A DNA stretch of 25,761 nucleotides from positions 1-25,761 of IMG/VR virus record IMGVR_UViG_3300009183_000333, one strand, 5' to 3'. Of this stretch, positions 1 through 9,491 are shown piece after piece. The notes under the pieces are model-generated. The model saw only the letters and a list, made by a program, of their open reading frames with translations. It was not told the origin of the DNA and made no database searches. A program made the position numbers and the translations under genes. Source of the stretch: a virus (lineage: Duplodnaviria; Caudoviricetes). Positions within the stretch are counted from its first letter, which is position 1; the number at the start of each line of letters is the position of its first letter.

Positions 1-1
1 A

Positions 2-3000
2 TCTAGTGGCACAACATACAATGTAACTGCAGATGCTGCAGGGTCAATGACTGCTACTATCAGCGGCGAGCCACCAAACACAGCATACTGGGCAGTGATC
101 TCTACAGGCATGAACTGGAGAGGAACCTGGGCAGATGATACAGAATACAATGCTGGTGATACTGTAAGACATTTATCTAGTTCTTACATATGCGTATTGC
201 AGCACAGATCAGACAGCGATGACGGATCTACGCTGGGCACTGAAGGCGGCGGCCAAGCATTAAGCCGGCCAGACCTTGATGCCACAGGAACATATTGGAA
301 CTTGGTAGCTGCTGGAACTGAAACCAGCGTATTAACCACCACAGGCGATTTGGTATATTACGGTGGAGCAGGCCCTACAAGATTACCAGTAGGTACAGAA
401 GGACAAGTTCTGCGTGTAAGTTCAACTGGGATTCCAGAATGGACCACTTGGGGCAGCACTAACCATGTTTATTTTGTATCAACAGACGGCGAAGATAGAC
501 CTTGGCCCGATTGCGGTGCAACTTTAGATAAACCTTGGAAAACAATTCGTTATGCCTGTGAACAGGTAGACAACGGACCAATGAATCCAAATGCACAATA
601 TCTATTAGAATTGAATCGTGCATTTATACAAAAAGAAATAACCAGCTGGATTGATTATCAAGTTACTAACAATATTGCACCATTTACTTCAGCATTTGAT
701 TATGACGAATACAAGTGTGAGCGAGATGTTGGATTTATCATTGATAGATTAATTTGGGATATTGGGCATGGCGGTAACTTAAAAATGCGTGCCGCTGCTT
801 TTAGTTTACTAGGAGCATTCGGAGAAACTGGGGAACTTTCCGCCCCAGAAGAAAGTGTTCCGTATGTAACATTGGCTGCAGAAGCAGACGAAGGTGTTGC
901 AGCCTACGAACAATTAAAATTGTTGTTGGTGGATGTGTTGGCCAACGAAGTACCAACCACAGTGTATCAAACACTGGCCTTAGATTCTACTGCCATAGTC
1001 ACACAGTATATCGACACTGACTATGTAGCTGAAACTGGTATTACTACTACTATAGATAGTCTTATTGATATTGTTATCACAGCATTAACAGAGCAAGTCA
1101 CAACCAATCTTCCAGAACGTATTGTACCAAATAATAATATTAATATCAAAACTGGTCAATATCGTGAAATACTGCCTATCATTGTTCCAGCAGAAACTGT
1201 GGTGTTAGGTGATGAAGTTCGTTCGACCAATGCTGGGCCAGCAGGCAGCATAACCAGTCGAGATGATGCCAAATACAGCATGGGTGCGTTGACCAGATTA
1301 GAAACTGTGGTTGGACAGGTTATACTAGGTACAAATGTAACTGAAAGCACAGGTAATACAGCTATTCAAAGTGCTGAGTTTCCTTATGCTAGTTCTGTAG
1401 AAGTAACTGACATCCAGAGATTAGTCAGAACAATGCAACACCAAATCGACTTTAAGATTGGAACTACTCACATGGAGAGTTCTGCAAATCCTACAGGATA
1501 TAATACTACATTCCTATCAGGATTCGGTGATGCACGAACACTTCTAAAAGAAAATAAAGAATTTATCAAGGAAGAAATTACTGCTTGGCTGACTGCAAAT
1601 TTCAGTTCAGTAAAATACAGCAAGACTAAATGCAAGCGAGATGTAGGCTTTATCATTGATGCTATGGTCTATGATTTAACCTATGGCGGAACTTGGGCCA
1701 CTCTTAACGCTGGAACAGCATACTTTGACGGCGATAACAGTACCAGTCTACAGATCGACAGCACAGAAATTGCTGCCACTGTAGCCGCTTACGGTAGATT
1801 AAAAGCAGTGGTACAGCAGATCATTGCCAACACCACAGTGACTAAATCTGCTGCTAACACTGCTACACAATGGACAGACAGCACAAATCTAACAAGCGGG
1901 TCTGCTGCCAACGCTACTGTAGGTGCATTGGTAGATATTATTACCAACATTATCCAAGGCGACAGCACAGAAGGAAACACACCCCAAATCAATGTGACCA
2001 CTGTAGCTACATTGAACACATTGACCTCTACTGCACACGGATTAGCAGTAGGCGATGCAGTTATTCCAAGAATCACTGCCAACGGGTTAGTTAACGGCAC
2101 CAAATATTGGGTAGTGGGTACTGTTACTGCCAACACATTCCAACTGGCGGCTACATACGGTGGTGCAGTATTGACTTCATTTACCAACGGCACTAGTCTT
2201 GACATTGATCTTGAAGTTATTGATTACCCAACAGCAACTAATGCTGTGTCATCAACCACTGCATTGATAGCAGCCGCAGTGACTCTAGATGCTGCACAAG
2301 AAACCATAGTTACAGCTAGTACAACTTACATTACTACTAACTTTCCAGCATTGGTCTACAACAGTGCCAAGTGTGAGCGTGATGTAAGATTGATCTTAGA
2401 AGCAGTGATGTTCGACTTTATGTTTAACAGCAATTTTAAAACTAGAGAAGCTGCGTATTCATATTTGAGAGCCACGGCTGCTGATGTATTCACATTGAAT
2501 CAGAAAACTGCCACTAGAGCTGCATTTACCTATGTTAAAGGATTGGCCAGCGCCAACGTAGGCGGCAATGCCACAGCACAAGCTCGCATTGAAACATTGA
2601 TGACACTGTTAGATGACATTGTCTACGGTGCTACCAACGAAGGCAGTGTATGTCAAACTGGTATACGAGCTGCAGACTGGGCAAGACTACAACTAGAAAG
2701 AAATAGATCTTATATCACAGCAGAAATCAGTGCCTATATTTCTTCAACTTATACCACAACAGTCACAGCATCTACAGCAGCCACAGATTTATTTGCCTGC
2801 ACATCCACAGCATGGATGCAGAGAAATGCAGCAGTTAGATTTACTGGCACAGTATTTGGCGGGGTGAGCACAGCAACAACTTATTACATTCAAAACGTGG
2901 TAAGTGCCACGTCATTTAAAATTTCCGCAACTAGGAATTCAAACACCGCTGTTGACCTATCTATCGCCAGCGGGTCAATGACTGTGAGTTTGTACTATGA

Positions 3001-6000
3001 CAGTGCAGCTTGCTTGCGAGATGTGGGTCGTTATATTGACGCATTGAAATTTGATCTACAGTATCCTGGAAACTACAAATCTAGACTAGCAGCAAGATAC
3101 TATTCTAATGCAGTTACTGGAAGTCTTGAAGAAGACATGTACTATCTGCGTAACGGCACAGGTGTTCGTAATCAAACACTGCAAGGACTCACAGGTGATC
3201 TTCTTGCTCCAAACGAATACGGTACTTCTAGAGTAAGTGCTGGTGCGTTTTGTTCACTAGATCCAGGATGGGGTCCAGATGACTTCCGCACATGGATTGT
3301 TAAACGTTCACCATATGTACAGAACGTTACTACATTTGGAACCGCTGCTATCGGCCAAAAGATTGATGGCGATTTGCATGCAGGCGGTAATGACTCTATC
3401 GTATCTAATGACTTTACGCAGGTAATATCGGACGGTATTGGTGCATGGATCACCAACAACGGTCGTGCAGAACTTGTTTCTGTATTCTCATACTACGCAC
3501 ACGTTGCTTACCTAGCTGAAGCAGGCGGCCGTATTAGAGCCACTAACGGCAATAACTCCTACGGTGATTTTGGTTCAGTAGCAGAAGGGTTTGATATTAC
3601 TGAAACCCCGATATTATGTGTAGTAGATAATAAATCATATGTTGCAGACGTTGGATCCGTGCTCACAGACGGTATCGACAAGCTGCTTCAATATGAATAC
3701 GATAACGCAGGTCAGGATTATACAGAAATCACGTGGACTGTATCAGGCGGCGGCGCTGGAATCAGTGTTGAACAAGATGATTTCCGTGACGGTGCGGTAT
3801 TCCAAGTTAGACTTATAGACAACGTAGACGACAGTACTACAGCTCCTGAAGTTGATGGAAACTTTGGAGGCACAGGCTATCTATCTAATGCAAACACAGC
3901 ACAGGCTGGTACAACCACACAGATAACACTGGCTGCTACCGACGATGAAATTACCGGCGCTTATGTAGGTATGAAGGTAATTGTAACTTCGGGTGCAGGT
4001 GCAGGTCAAGTTGGTATTATAGATTCATTTACAGCAGGTACCAAGATTGCCACGGTGACTAAGGAAAGCACAGGCGGCTCAGGCTGGGATCACATAGTAA
4101 CTGGAACTGCTATAGTAGCACCAGATGCTTCATCAACTTATATTGTTGAACCTAGAGTACAACTTACTTCACCAACTTACAGTTCTACTGCAAGAACATT
4201 AGCTACAGCACAGACATATTCAGATGCGATTTATGCTCCATCTAGAGCAGTTTATCAGACCGTAGCAGCAGCATCAACTTCCGGTACAGGCACAGGTGCT
4301 GTGTTTACTGTAGTTCGCAAAGGTGTGCGATATACAGCTGTGGTGGTGACATCAGCAGGTACGGGATATGCTAGATTAGATACCATTACAATATTAGGCA
4401 CAGCAGTAGGCGGAGCAACTACTACCAATGATATCACAGTGACAATAACAGCAGTAAATGCAACAACTGGTGCAATCACAGCCATCGAACACGAAGGTGT
4501 TGGAGCAGGCGGAAACTTTGTAGCAGTGGCTAGCGGTTCACGCAATGTTAATACTTCCGCAAACGGAACAACATGGACAGCCAATGCTACTGCATTGCCG
4601 TCAACATCGAACTGGGTAAGTATAGCTCCTGGTAAATTAACTGTGATAGAAACTGCAGGAGCATTTGTGGTAGGTAGATCATATGTTATCACCACATTAG
4701 GTAATACGGTATTCACATTTATAGGCGCAGCTTCTAATTTAGTTGGTCAATACTTTGTAGCCACAGGTGTAGGATCAGGTACGGGCACAGCTACACCGAT
4801 CGCCCACCACCTGATAGCAGTAAGTTCTAGCACCACAGTCAATGCTTACAGCAGCAACGGTGGTGTAACATGGACTTCGGGTGGCGCTCTACCAGGTGGT
4901 ATGAGTGGAATAGCAGTGGGTATTGCTTACGGCAATGTCAGTGGTACTGCACGTTGGGTGGTTTTGGGTTCTAACGGAACTACTTGCTATTCAACCAATG
5001 GCGGAACATCATGGGTTGCAGGCGGTAGTACCGCAGCAGGAACTTGGACTAGTATTACTTACGGTCAGGGAGCGTGGATTGCAGTTAGCACCGGTGGCAC
5101 AGCTACCAGCTACACCACAGACGGTGGTGTTACATGGACTGCCGGAGGTGCGTTGCCAGCCAGTTCAACATGGGTCAGCGTGGCCTATGGTGCTAACAAA
5201 TTTGTGGCCATCAGCAGTGATGGTGCTGTGAATCCAGCATGGAGTGTGAACAAAGGAGTAACATGGAGCTCAACTGGGTCAAGCGGTTACATTGGATCCG
5301 GCACATCGACTCGTGTGACCTACGGACAAGGTATTTTCTTAATCACACAAAGCAGCAGCAATAACATGAGCAGCTCAGAAGACGGAATTGTATGGACCAC
5401 AAGAGCAATCACTCGTGCGTCTGGCACAGGTGCGCTAGAAGCGGTACATGGCAATCCTAATCAAACAGGTATATGGGCTGTTATTCCTTCCGCTTCAACC
5501 ACAGCAGCATCAAGTGCTATATTAGGTGCTACTGCTAAAGCTCGTGCATTTGTTTCAGACTCGAAGATCTTTGCAATCAGAGTCACAGATCCAGGTTCAG
5601 CATATGCAGCAGCTCCAACAATCACAATCACTGACCCTAACAATCTTTACGAAGCGCCTACAGTAGTGAGAACAGGCAACGGTGTTTGTGCAAACGCCAG
5701 CTTTAAAAATCGCGGAACAGGGTATGACGCAGCTATTGTAGAAAAAGACTTAGGTGACGGTTACGCAGATAATTTCCAAAGTGGTAGATTTATTGGTGTT
5801 AAGAGAATGACAGGCTTGCCTAGAGCAGGTGCCAACGTGGTATTTGCCACACAGCCAGACACTGTATACAAATTGGTACAGGTGTTATCTGAAACAGGCA
5901 CAGTCGACGGCGCAAGAGCATCATTCTTCCAAATTTCGCCAGAGATGAAAATATTTAATTCACCTCCAAACAGCACAGGCATAACCACACGTATTCGTTA

Positions 6001-6568
6001 CAGTCAGGTTAGACTCACAGGTCACGATTTCTTGGACATTGGCACAGGAAATTTTGTTGAAACCAATTATCCAGGATTGCCTAGCCAAGTGCCAGTACAG
6101 GCCAACGAAACTGTGGACAGCAATGGTGGTCGAGTGTTCTACACCTCCACTGACCAAGACGGTAACTTCCGAGTTGGCGAATTGTTTACCATTGAGCAAT
6201 CAACAGGTGTTGCAACATTGAATGCTGATGCATTTAACATTGCAGGTCTAGCAGAACTATCATTGGGTAACATTACACTAGGTGGAAATTCAGCAACAAT
6301 TACAGAATTCAGCACAGATCCATTCTTAACTGCTAATTCAGACAACGTTGTGCCTACACAACGAGCAATTAGAGCGTATATTTCTGCACAAATTGGTGGC
6401 GGTGGAGCAGCATTGAACGTAAATAGCTTAGTGGCTGGATTTATCAGTGTATCAGGTCAACAGATTACAACTACCACAGGCGGTACCATAGCTATGAAAG
6501 CTAACTTTAATTTCCAGGCAGGTGTTAGAGGTTACCCGGTGGCATGGAATTACTTTTTAAATAATTAA
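2..6568 (+). CDS. Very large multidomain virion structural protein (tail fibre/baseplate-associated), 5'-truncated
   Basis: The frame is open from position 2 (SSGTTYNVTADAAGSM...), so Met at 47 is probably internal. It has a CBM5/12-like repeat (WRGTWADDTEYNAGDTV), a phage fibre motif (GDLVYYGGAGPTRLPVGTEGQVL) and beta-helix-type segments (YFVSTDGED..PWKTI; RSPYVQNVTTFG; NDFTQVISDGIG). It also has four CxRD helical repeats, Asp-box/BNR repeats and a C-terminal GHDFLDIGTG..STDQDGNFRVG..VPTQRAI block typical of large myophage virion proteins. Confidence 0.8.
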   Translation, partial: SSGTTYNVTADAAGSMTATISGEPPNTAYWAVISTGMNWRGTWADDTEYNAGDTVRHLSSSYICVLQHRSDSDDGSTLGTEGGGQALSRPDLDATGTYWNLVAAGTETSVLTTTGDLVYYGGAGPTRLPVGTEGQVLRVSSTGIPEWTTWGSTNHVYFVSTDGEDRPWPDCGATLDKPWKTIRYACEQVDNGPMNPNAQYLLELNRAFIQKEITSWIDYQVTNNIAPFTSAFDYDEYKCERDVGFIIDRLIWDIGHGGNLKMRAAAFSLLGAFGETGELSAPEESVPYVTLAAEADEGVAAYEQLKLLLVDVLANEVPTTVYQTLALDSTAIVTQYIDTDYVAETGITTTIDSLIDIVITALTEQVTTNLPERIVPNNNINIKTGQYREILPIIVPAETVVLGDEVRSTNAGPAGSITSRDDAKYSMGALTRLETVVGQVILGTNVTESTGNTAIQSAEFPYASSVEVTDIQRLVRTMQHQIDFKIGTTHMESSANPTGYNTTFLSGFGDARTLLKENKEFIKEEITAWLTANFSSVKYSKTKCKRDVGFIIDAMVYDLTYGGTWATLNAGTAYFDGDNSTSLQIDSTEIAATVAAYGRLKAVVQQIIANTTVTKSAANTATQWTDSTNLTSGSAANATVGALVDIITNIIQGDSTEGNTPQINVTTVATLNTLTSTAHGLAVGDAVIPRITANGLVNGTKYWVVGTVTANTFQLAATYGGAVLTSFTNGTSLDIDLEVIDYPTATNAVSSTTALIAAAVTLDAAQETIVTASTTYITTNFPALVYNSAKCERDVRLILEAVMFDFMFNSNFKTREAAYSYLRATAADVFTLNQKTATRAAFTYVKGLASANVGGNATAQARIETLMTLLDDIVYGATNEGSVCQTGIRAADWARLQLERNRSYITAEISAYISSTYTTTVTASTAATDLFACTSTAWMQRNAAVRFTGTVFGGVSTATTYYIQNVVSATSFKISATRNSNTAVDLSIASGSMTVSLYYDSAACLRDVGRYIDALKFDLQYPGNYKSRLAARYYSNAVTGSLEEDMYYLRNGTGVRNQTLQGLTGDLLAPNEYGTSRVSAGAFCSLDPGWGPDDFRTWIVKRSPYVQNVTTFGTAAIGQKIDGDLHAGGNDSIVSNDFTQVISDGIGAWITNNGRAELVSVFSYYAHVAYLAEAGGRIRATNGNNSYGDFGSVAEGFDITETPILCVVDNKSYVADVGSVLTDGIDKLLQYEYDNAGQDYTEITWTVSGGGAGISVEQDDFRDGAVFQVRLIDNVDDSTTAPEVDGNFGGTGYLSNANTAQAGTTTQITLAATDDEITGAYVGMKVIVTSGAGAGQVGIIDSFTAGTKIATVTKESTGGSGWDHIVTGTAIVAPDASSTYIVEPRVQLTSPTYSSTARTLATAQTYSDAIYAPSRAVYQTVAAASTSGTGTGAVFTVVRKGVRYTAVVVTSAGTGYARLDTITILGTAVGGATTTNDITVTITAVNATTGAITAIEHEGVGAGGNFVAVASGSRNVNTSANGTTWTANATALPSTSNWVSIAPGKLTVIETAGAFVVGRSYVITTLGNTVFTFIGAASNLVGQYFVATGVGSGTGTATPIAHHLIAVSSSTTVNAYSSNGGVTWTSGGALPGGMSGIAVGIAYGNVSGTARWVVLGSNGTTCYSTNGGTSWVAGGSTAAGTWTSITYGQGAWIAVSTGGTATSYTTDGGVTWTAGGALPASSTWVSVAYGANKFVAISSDGAVNPAWSVNKGVTWSSTGSSGYIGSGTSTRVTYGQGIFLITQSSSNNMSSSEDGIVWTTRAITRASGTGALEAVHGNPNQTGIWAVIPSASTTAASSAILGATAKARAFVSDSKIFAIRVTDPGSAYAAAPTITITDPNNLYEAPTVVRTGNGVCANASFKNRGTGYDAAIVEKDLGDGYADNFQSGRFIGVKRMTGLPRAGANVVFATQPDTVYKLVQVLSETGTVDGARASFFQISPEMKIFNSPPNSTGITTRIRYSQVRLTGHDFLDIGTGNFVETNYPGLPSQVPVQANETVDSNGGRVFYTSTDQDGNFRVGELFTIEQSTGVATLNADAFNIAGLAELSLGNITLGGNSATITEFSTDPFLTANSDNVVPTQRAIRAYISAQIGGGGAALNVNSLVAGFISVSGQQITTTTGGTIAMKANFNFQAGVRGYPVAWNYFLNN
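713..3075 (+). repeat. Four dispersed protein-level repeats C-x-R-D-V-x-x-x-[IL]-[DE]...D...N within the giant protein
   Basis: KCERDVGFIIDRLIWDIGHGGN (Cys codon 716), KCKRDVGFIIDAMVYDLTYGG (1631), KCERDVRLILEAVMFDFMFNSN (2372) and ACLRDVGRYIDALKFDLQYPGN (3011). Confidence 0.85.
4514..5480 (+). repeat. Asp-box/BNR-type repeats (probable beta-propeller domain)
   Basis: TSANGTTWT, YSSNGGVTWT, YSTNGGTSWV, YTTDGGVTWT, WSVNKGVTWS and SSEDGIVWT, several followed by W-x-S-[IV]-x-Y-G strands. Confidence 0.8.
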
Positions 6569-6579
6569 CGGAGAACAAA

Positions 6580-6915
6580 ATGGCAACAGGAAGATTAGGC
6601 GCTTTTGCAATAACAACTACAGCAAACACCACGGTGTACACTTGTCCAGTAACCACATTTGCTGTGGTTTCTGTAAATGTATGTAATCGTAGTTCCAGTG
6701 CATCAGCCAACATACGTATAGCAGTATCAACATTAGCTACACCAGCTGGAGACGGTTCAGAATACATCGAGTATGATTCTGCATTAGTGGCCAACGGCGT
6801 TTTAGAACGTACTGGTATTGTAATGGATGCGGGAAAATATTTGGTGGTACAGACACCAACCGCAACACCTTCATTAAGTGTAGTAGTGTATGGCATAGAA
6901 ACATCAACAGCATAA
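6580..6915 (+). CDS. Small virion-associated protein (beta-rich, phage tail region)
   Basis: 111 aa with a GGAG Shine-Dalgarno at 6570-6573. The pattern TTVYTCP..VNVCNR..IRIAV..YIEYD..LERTGIV recurs in small tail-region proteins of large phages (recognition by eye). Confidence 0.7.
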   Translation: MATGRLGAFAITTTANTTVYTCPVTTFAVVSVNVCNRSSSASANIRIAVSTLATPAGDGSEYIEYDSALVANGVLERTGIVMDAGKYLVVQTPTATPSLSVVVYGIETSTA

Positions 6916-6928
6916 GGCGGGTAAAAAC

Positions 6929-8032
6929 ATGGGACGAAGAACGAGCGGACAAACAACTGGATTACAAAGTATTGGTAACGTACAGGGCAGCGCCGGTACC
7001 TTATCAACATCACAAGCAAACCAAGATCTTACACTAGATCCAAGTGGAACTGGTATAGTCGCTGTCGCCGCGGATGTTTCAGTCACAGGCGATCTTACGA
7101 TAGCCAATCAAGGCGATCTACGACTTAGAGAAGCGGTCGGAAACGGCACTAATTATATTGCCCAGCAGGCCGCAGCTAATATGGCTGCTAATTATACCAT
7201 TACTTGGCCAGCAGCAGTAGCAGCTACTAGTGGATTTGTGTTAAGTTCAGATACCAGCGGCAATTTAAGTTGGTCAAGTGCTGGCGGAAATATTCCAGTT
7301 ACCGATCCTGGAGCTTCAGCCACTGTACATTATCCATTTTTTGGAACTGCGTCTGGTGCAGTACCAACTACATTGGTACCCAATGCCAGAACAAACTTGG
7401 CATTTGTGCCCAGCACCGGTGAATTAACAGCCACAGTGGGCAGCTTTGCCAACGTATACGGCAGCACATCCAATAGCGGAACCATTACAATTAGAGGTAC
7501 CAGTGCAGGTACCAAAGCTGGCGCTAGTGTGCTGCTAACTGATAACGTGGCATCCTCTAGCACCATCACTGGTACACTGGTAGTCACTGGTGGTATAGGT
7601 GTAAGTGGAAGAATATCAGGTGGCAGTGCAGTAATTGAAGGCACTGTGAATGCTCTAATAACTGATACTGCGGCGCGAACCAGCGACTATACACTAGCAT
7701 TAACTGACAGAGATCAATGTGTGGTGTTCACCAACACTTCAGCTGCCACAGTCACAGTTCCTCCCGATTCTACAGCTTTTCCAACAGGATCGATAGTTCA
7801 CATACTTAGAACTGGCGCAGGCAAGCTGACATTGGCCGCAGGTGCAGGCGTCACACTCAGTAAAACTGGAACATTCGCATCCAACGAACAAATAACCATA
7901 CGTAAACGAGCCAGCAACAGCTGGTTGGTAATAGACAGTCGCACATTGCTGCTTGCAACATCCAACACCCCGGCAGTTGCTGCAGGATTCAACGTACATA
8001 CATACACCGGCAATGCCGACTTTATTGTTTAA
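6929..8032 (+). CDS. Tail fibre-like structural protein
   Basis: Thr/Ser/Gly/Ala-rich. It has fibre motifs (DLTLDPSGTGIV, GFVLSSDTSGNLSW, SSTITGTLVVTGGIGVSG) and a C-terminal YTLALTD..TVTVPPD..FPTGS..GAGKLTL..GVTL domain seen in phage fibres. Confidence 0.75.
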   Translation: MGRRTSGQTTGLQSIGNVQGSAGTLSTSQANQDLTLDPSGTGIVAVAADVSVTGDLTIANQGDLRLREAVGNGTNYIAQQAAANMAANYTITWPAAVAATSGFVLSSDTSGNLSWSSAGGNIPVTDPGASATVHYPFFGTASGAVPTTLVPNARTNLAFVPSTGELTATVGSFANVYGSTSNSGTITIRGTSAGTKAGASVLLTDNVASSSTITGTLVVTGGIGVSGRISGGSAVIEGTVNALITDTAARTSDYTLALTDRDQCVVFTNTSAATVTVPPDSTAFPTGSIVHILRTGAGKLTLAAGAGVTLSKTGTFASNEQITIRKRASNSWLVIDSRTLLLATSNTPAVAAGFNVHTYTGNADFIV

Positions 8033-8050
8033 AATATTCAGGAGAATGAA

Positions 8051-9013
8051 ATGCCATTTATTAGTAGCGTAAGAGGAAATGTTGATAAACTAAAACAAAG
8101 TGAAAAAACTTTGGATAAATTTGACATCACGGGCGGTGATATAGTTTATACAGCAGGCGGATACAGAATCCACATGTTCACCAAAACAGGCGAAAGCCAA
8201 TTAAAAGTAGCTTTGAAAAATAATGCACCCAAAGAAGTTATACATCTACAACCAACTAACCTAGCTGTAGAGTATATGATTGTAGGTGGTGGTGGCAGCG
8301 GCCATTCAACACACGGCAGTGGTGGTGGTGGTGCAGGCGGCTTCAAACAAGGTGAAACTTCCGTTGCAGCAGGCACATACCCTATAGGTATTGGCACTGG
8401 TGGCCCCGGAGCGCCTACAGGTGCAGATGGTGCAGATGGAACGGCATCCAGTTTCAACGGTATCCAAGGACGCCTAGGCGGTGGTGGCGGTAGCGGACAT
8501 CCAAGCCGAGCAAGAAATGGTCGTGAAGGATCTAGTGGCGGTGGTTATGGTTATCACCAAGGCGGTGGTGGAGGTGGGGCCAGCGGTTGGGGCGGCGACT
8601 CAGCAGCCAACTCAAACCATCACAACAGACCGGGTGTTGCATATGATGTACCAGGGGAAGGTTACGGTTATGGTAGCCACGGTATTCTAATGCCAGCAGG
8701 ACCTGAAGGATATCCTGGCGGGCGTGGTACCAGTGACTGGGGCCCAACTCAACGTGCAGGATCAGGTGGTCGCGGTATTAACACAACCATTAACGGTTCA
8801 TGGAACACTTATGCAGGTGGTGGGGGCGGGGGCTGCCACAACTACTTTGGTCAAGGATCTGGTGGTCCTGGCGGCGGTGGACAAGGCGGTGGACAACAGC
8901 GTGGCGGTTCAAATGCTGGTACAAACACAGGCGGTGGTGGTGGTGGCTCAGACAATTCTGGCGTTTCGGGAACAGGCGGCCCAGGAATTGTTATTGTGAG
9001 ATACCTAGTATAA
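8051..9013 (+). CDS. Glycine-rich domain virion protein (putative adhesin / fibre-tip protein)
   Basis: AGGAG Shine-Dalgarno at 8040-8044. The architecture is GGYRIHMFT - VEYMIVGGGGSG - multiple GGGG runs - C-terminal GGPGIVIVRY, the typical frame of phage glycine-rich domain proteins. Confidence 0.8.
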   Translation: MPFISSVRGNVDKLKQSEKTLDKFDITGGDIVYTAGGYRIHMFTKTGESQLKVALKNNAPKEVIHLQPTNLAVEYMIVGGGGSGHSTHGSGGGGAGGFKQGETSVAAGTYPIGIGTGGPGAPTGADGADGTASSFNGIQGRLGGGGGSGHPSRARNGREGSSGGGYGYHQGGGGGGASGWGGDSAANSNHHNRPGVAYDVPGEGYGYGSHGILMPAGPEGYPGGRGTSDWGPTQRAGSGGRGINTTINGSWNTYAGGGGGGCHNYFGQGSGGPGGGGQGGGQQRGGSNAGTNTGGGGGGSDNSGVSGTGGPGIVIVRYLV

Positions 9014-9017
9014 TACA

Positions 9018-9491
9018 ATGCCACAATTTAGAACCACTTACAACATATTAAAAACATCGGACGAGAACGAAGCATTTAATCCCAATTGGATGGATTCAGA
9101 TACTCTCGTTCTCCCCCCTAAAGTCAACTGGGACTACAGTCGAGATCTGCATGTTGAAGACATTGACTACTGGGAAGTGCTGTATGAAAGCAGCGGGGGC
9201 ATAGGATTCTATGCTGCATGGTTACCTTACGCAGAATACTATTTAATAACCACAGGTCTTGATGCAACGAATGGTCCTATGTTTAGAGATAGAAATCTAA
9301 AAACAGCACATATACCCTACTGGGACAAAACCTTTGAAACATTTTACGGCCCAAATGCAGAGATGCATGCTGTTAAACGAGCCAAAGATTTTGGAATTTT
9401 ATTAAACCCGTCACTGGTATGGGTCGACGACAGTGAAATGTGGCTGCATCAACCACTGCCTGCAGAAGAAAAATCTATTATTATTGTCTAG
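9018..9491 (+). CDS. Hypothetical protein, paralogue of 20737..21102
   Basis: 157 aa, starting 4 nt after the previous stop. It shares WE-x-x-Y..G-x-Y-x-x-W-x-PYAE-[YF]-Y and TFYGP motifs with the ORF at 20737. Confidence 0.75.
   Translation: MPQFRTTYNILKTSDENEAFNPNWMDSDTLVLPPKVNWDYSRDLHVEDIDYWEVLYESSGGIGFYAAWLPYAEYYLITTGLDATNGPMFRDRNLKTAHIPYWDKTFETFYGPNAEMHAVKRAKDFGILLNPSLVWVDDSEMWLHQPLPAEEKSIIIV

Noticed and set aside
47-49. ATG at 47 as the start of the giant protein
   Set aside because: The frame is open upstream to the window edge, and the Met belongs to a repeated GSMT module end.
1156-8999. Numerous antisense and alternative-frame ORFs within the structural genes (e.g. 1789-2205, 4255-4716, 6525-7019, 8146-8457)
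   Set aside because: They are shadow ORFs from the biased codon usage of Thr/Ala/Gly-rich genes, overlap better-supported CDSs and show no motifs.
8800-9051. Trp/Arg-rich 83-aa ORF, tempting as a halogenase precursor peptide
   Set aside because: It is an alternative frame of the poly-Gly GGT/GGC codons (giving TGG/CGG), lies almost wholly inside the 8051 CDS, and has no clear ribosome-binding site.
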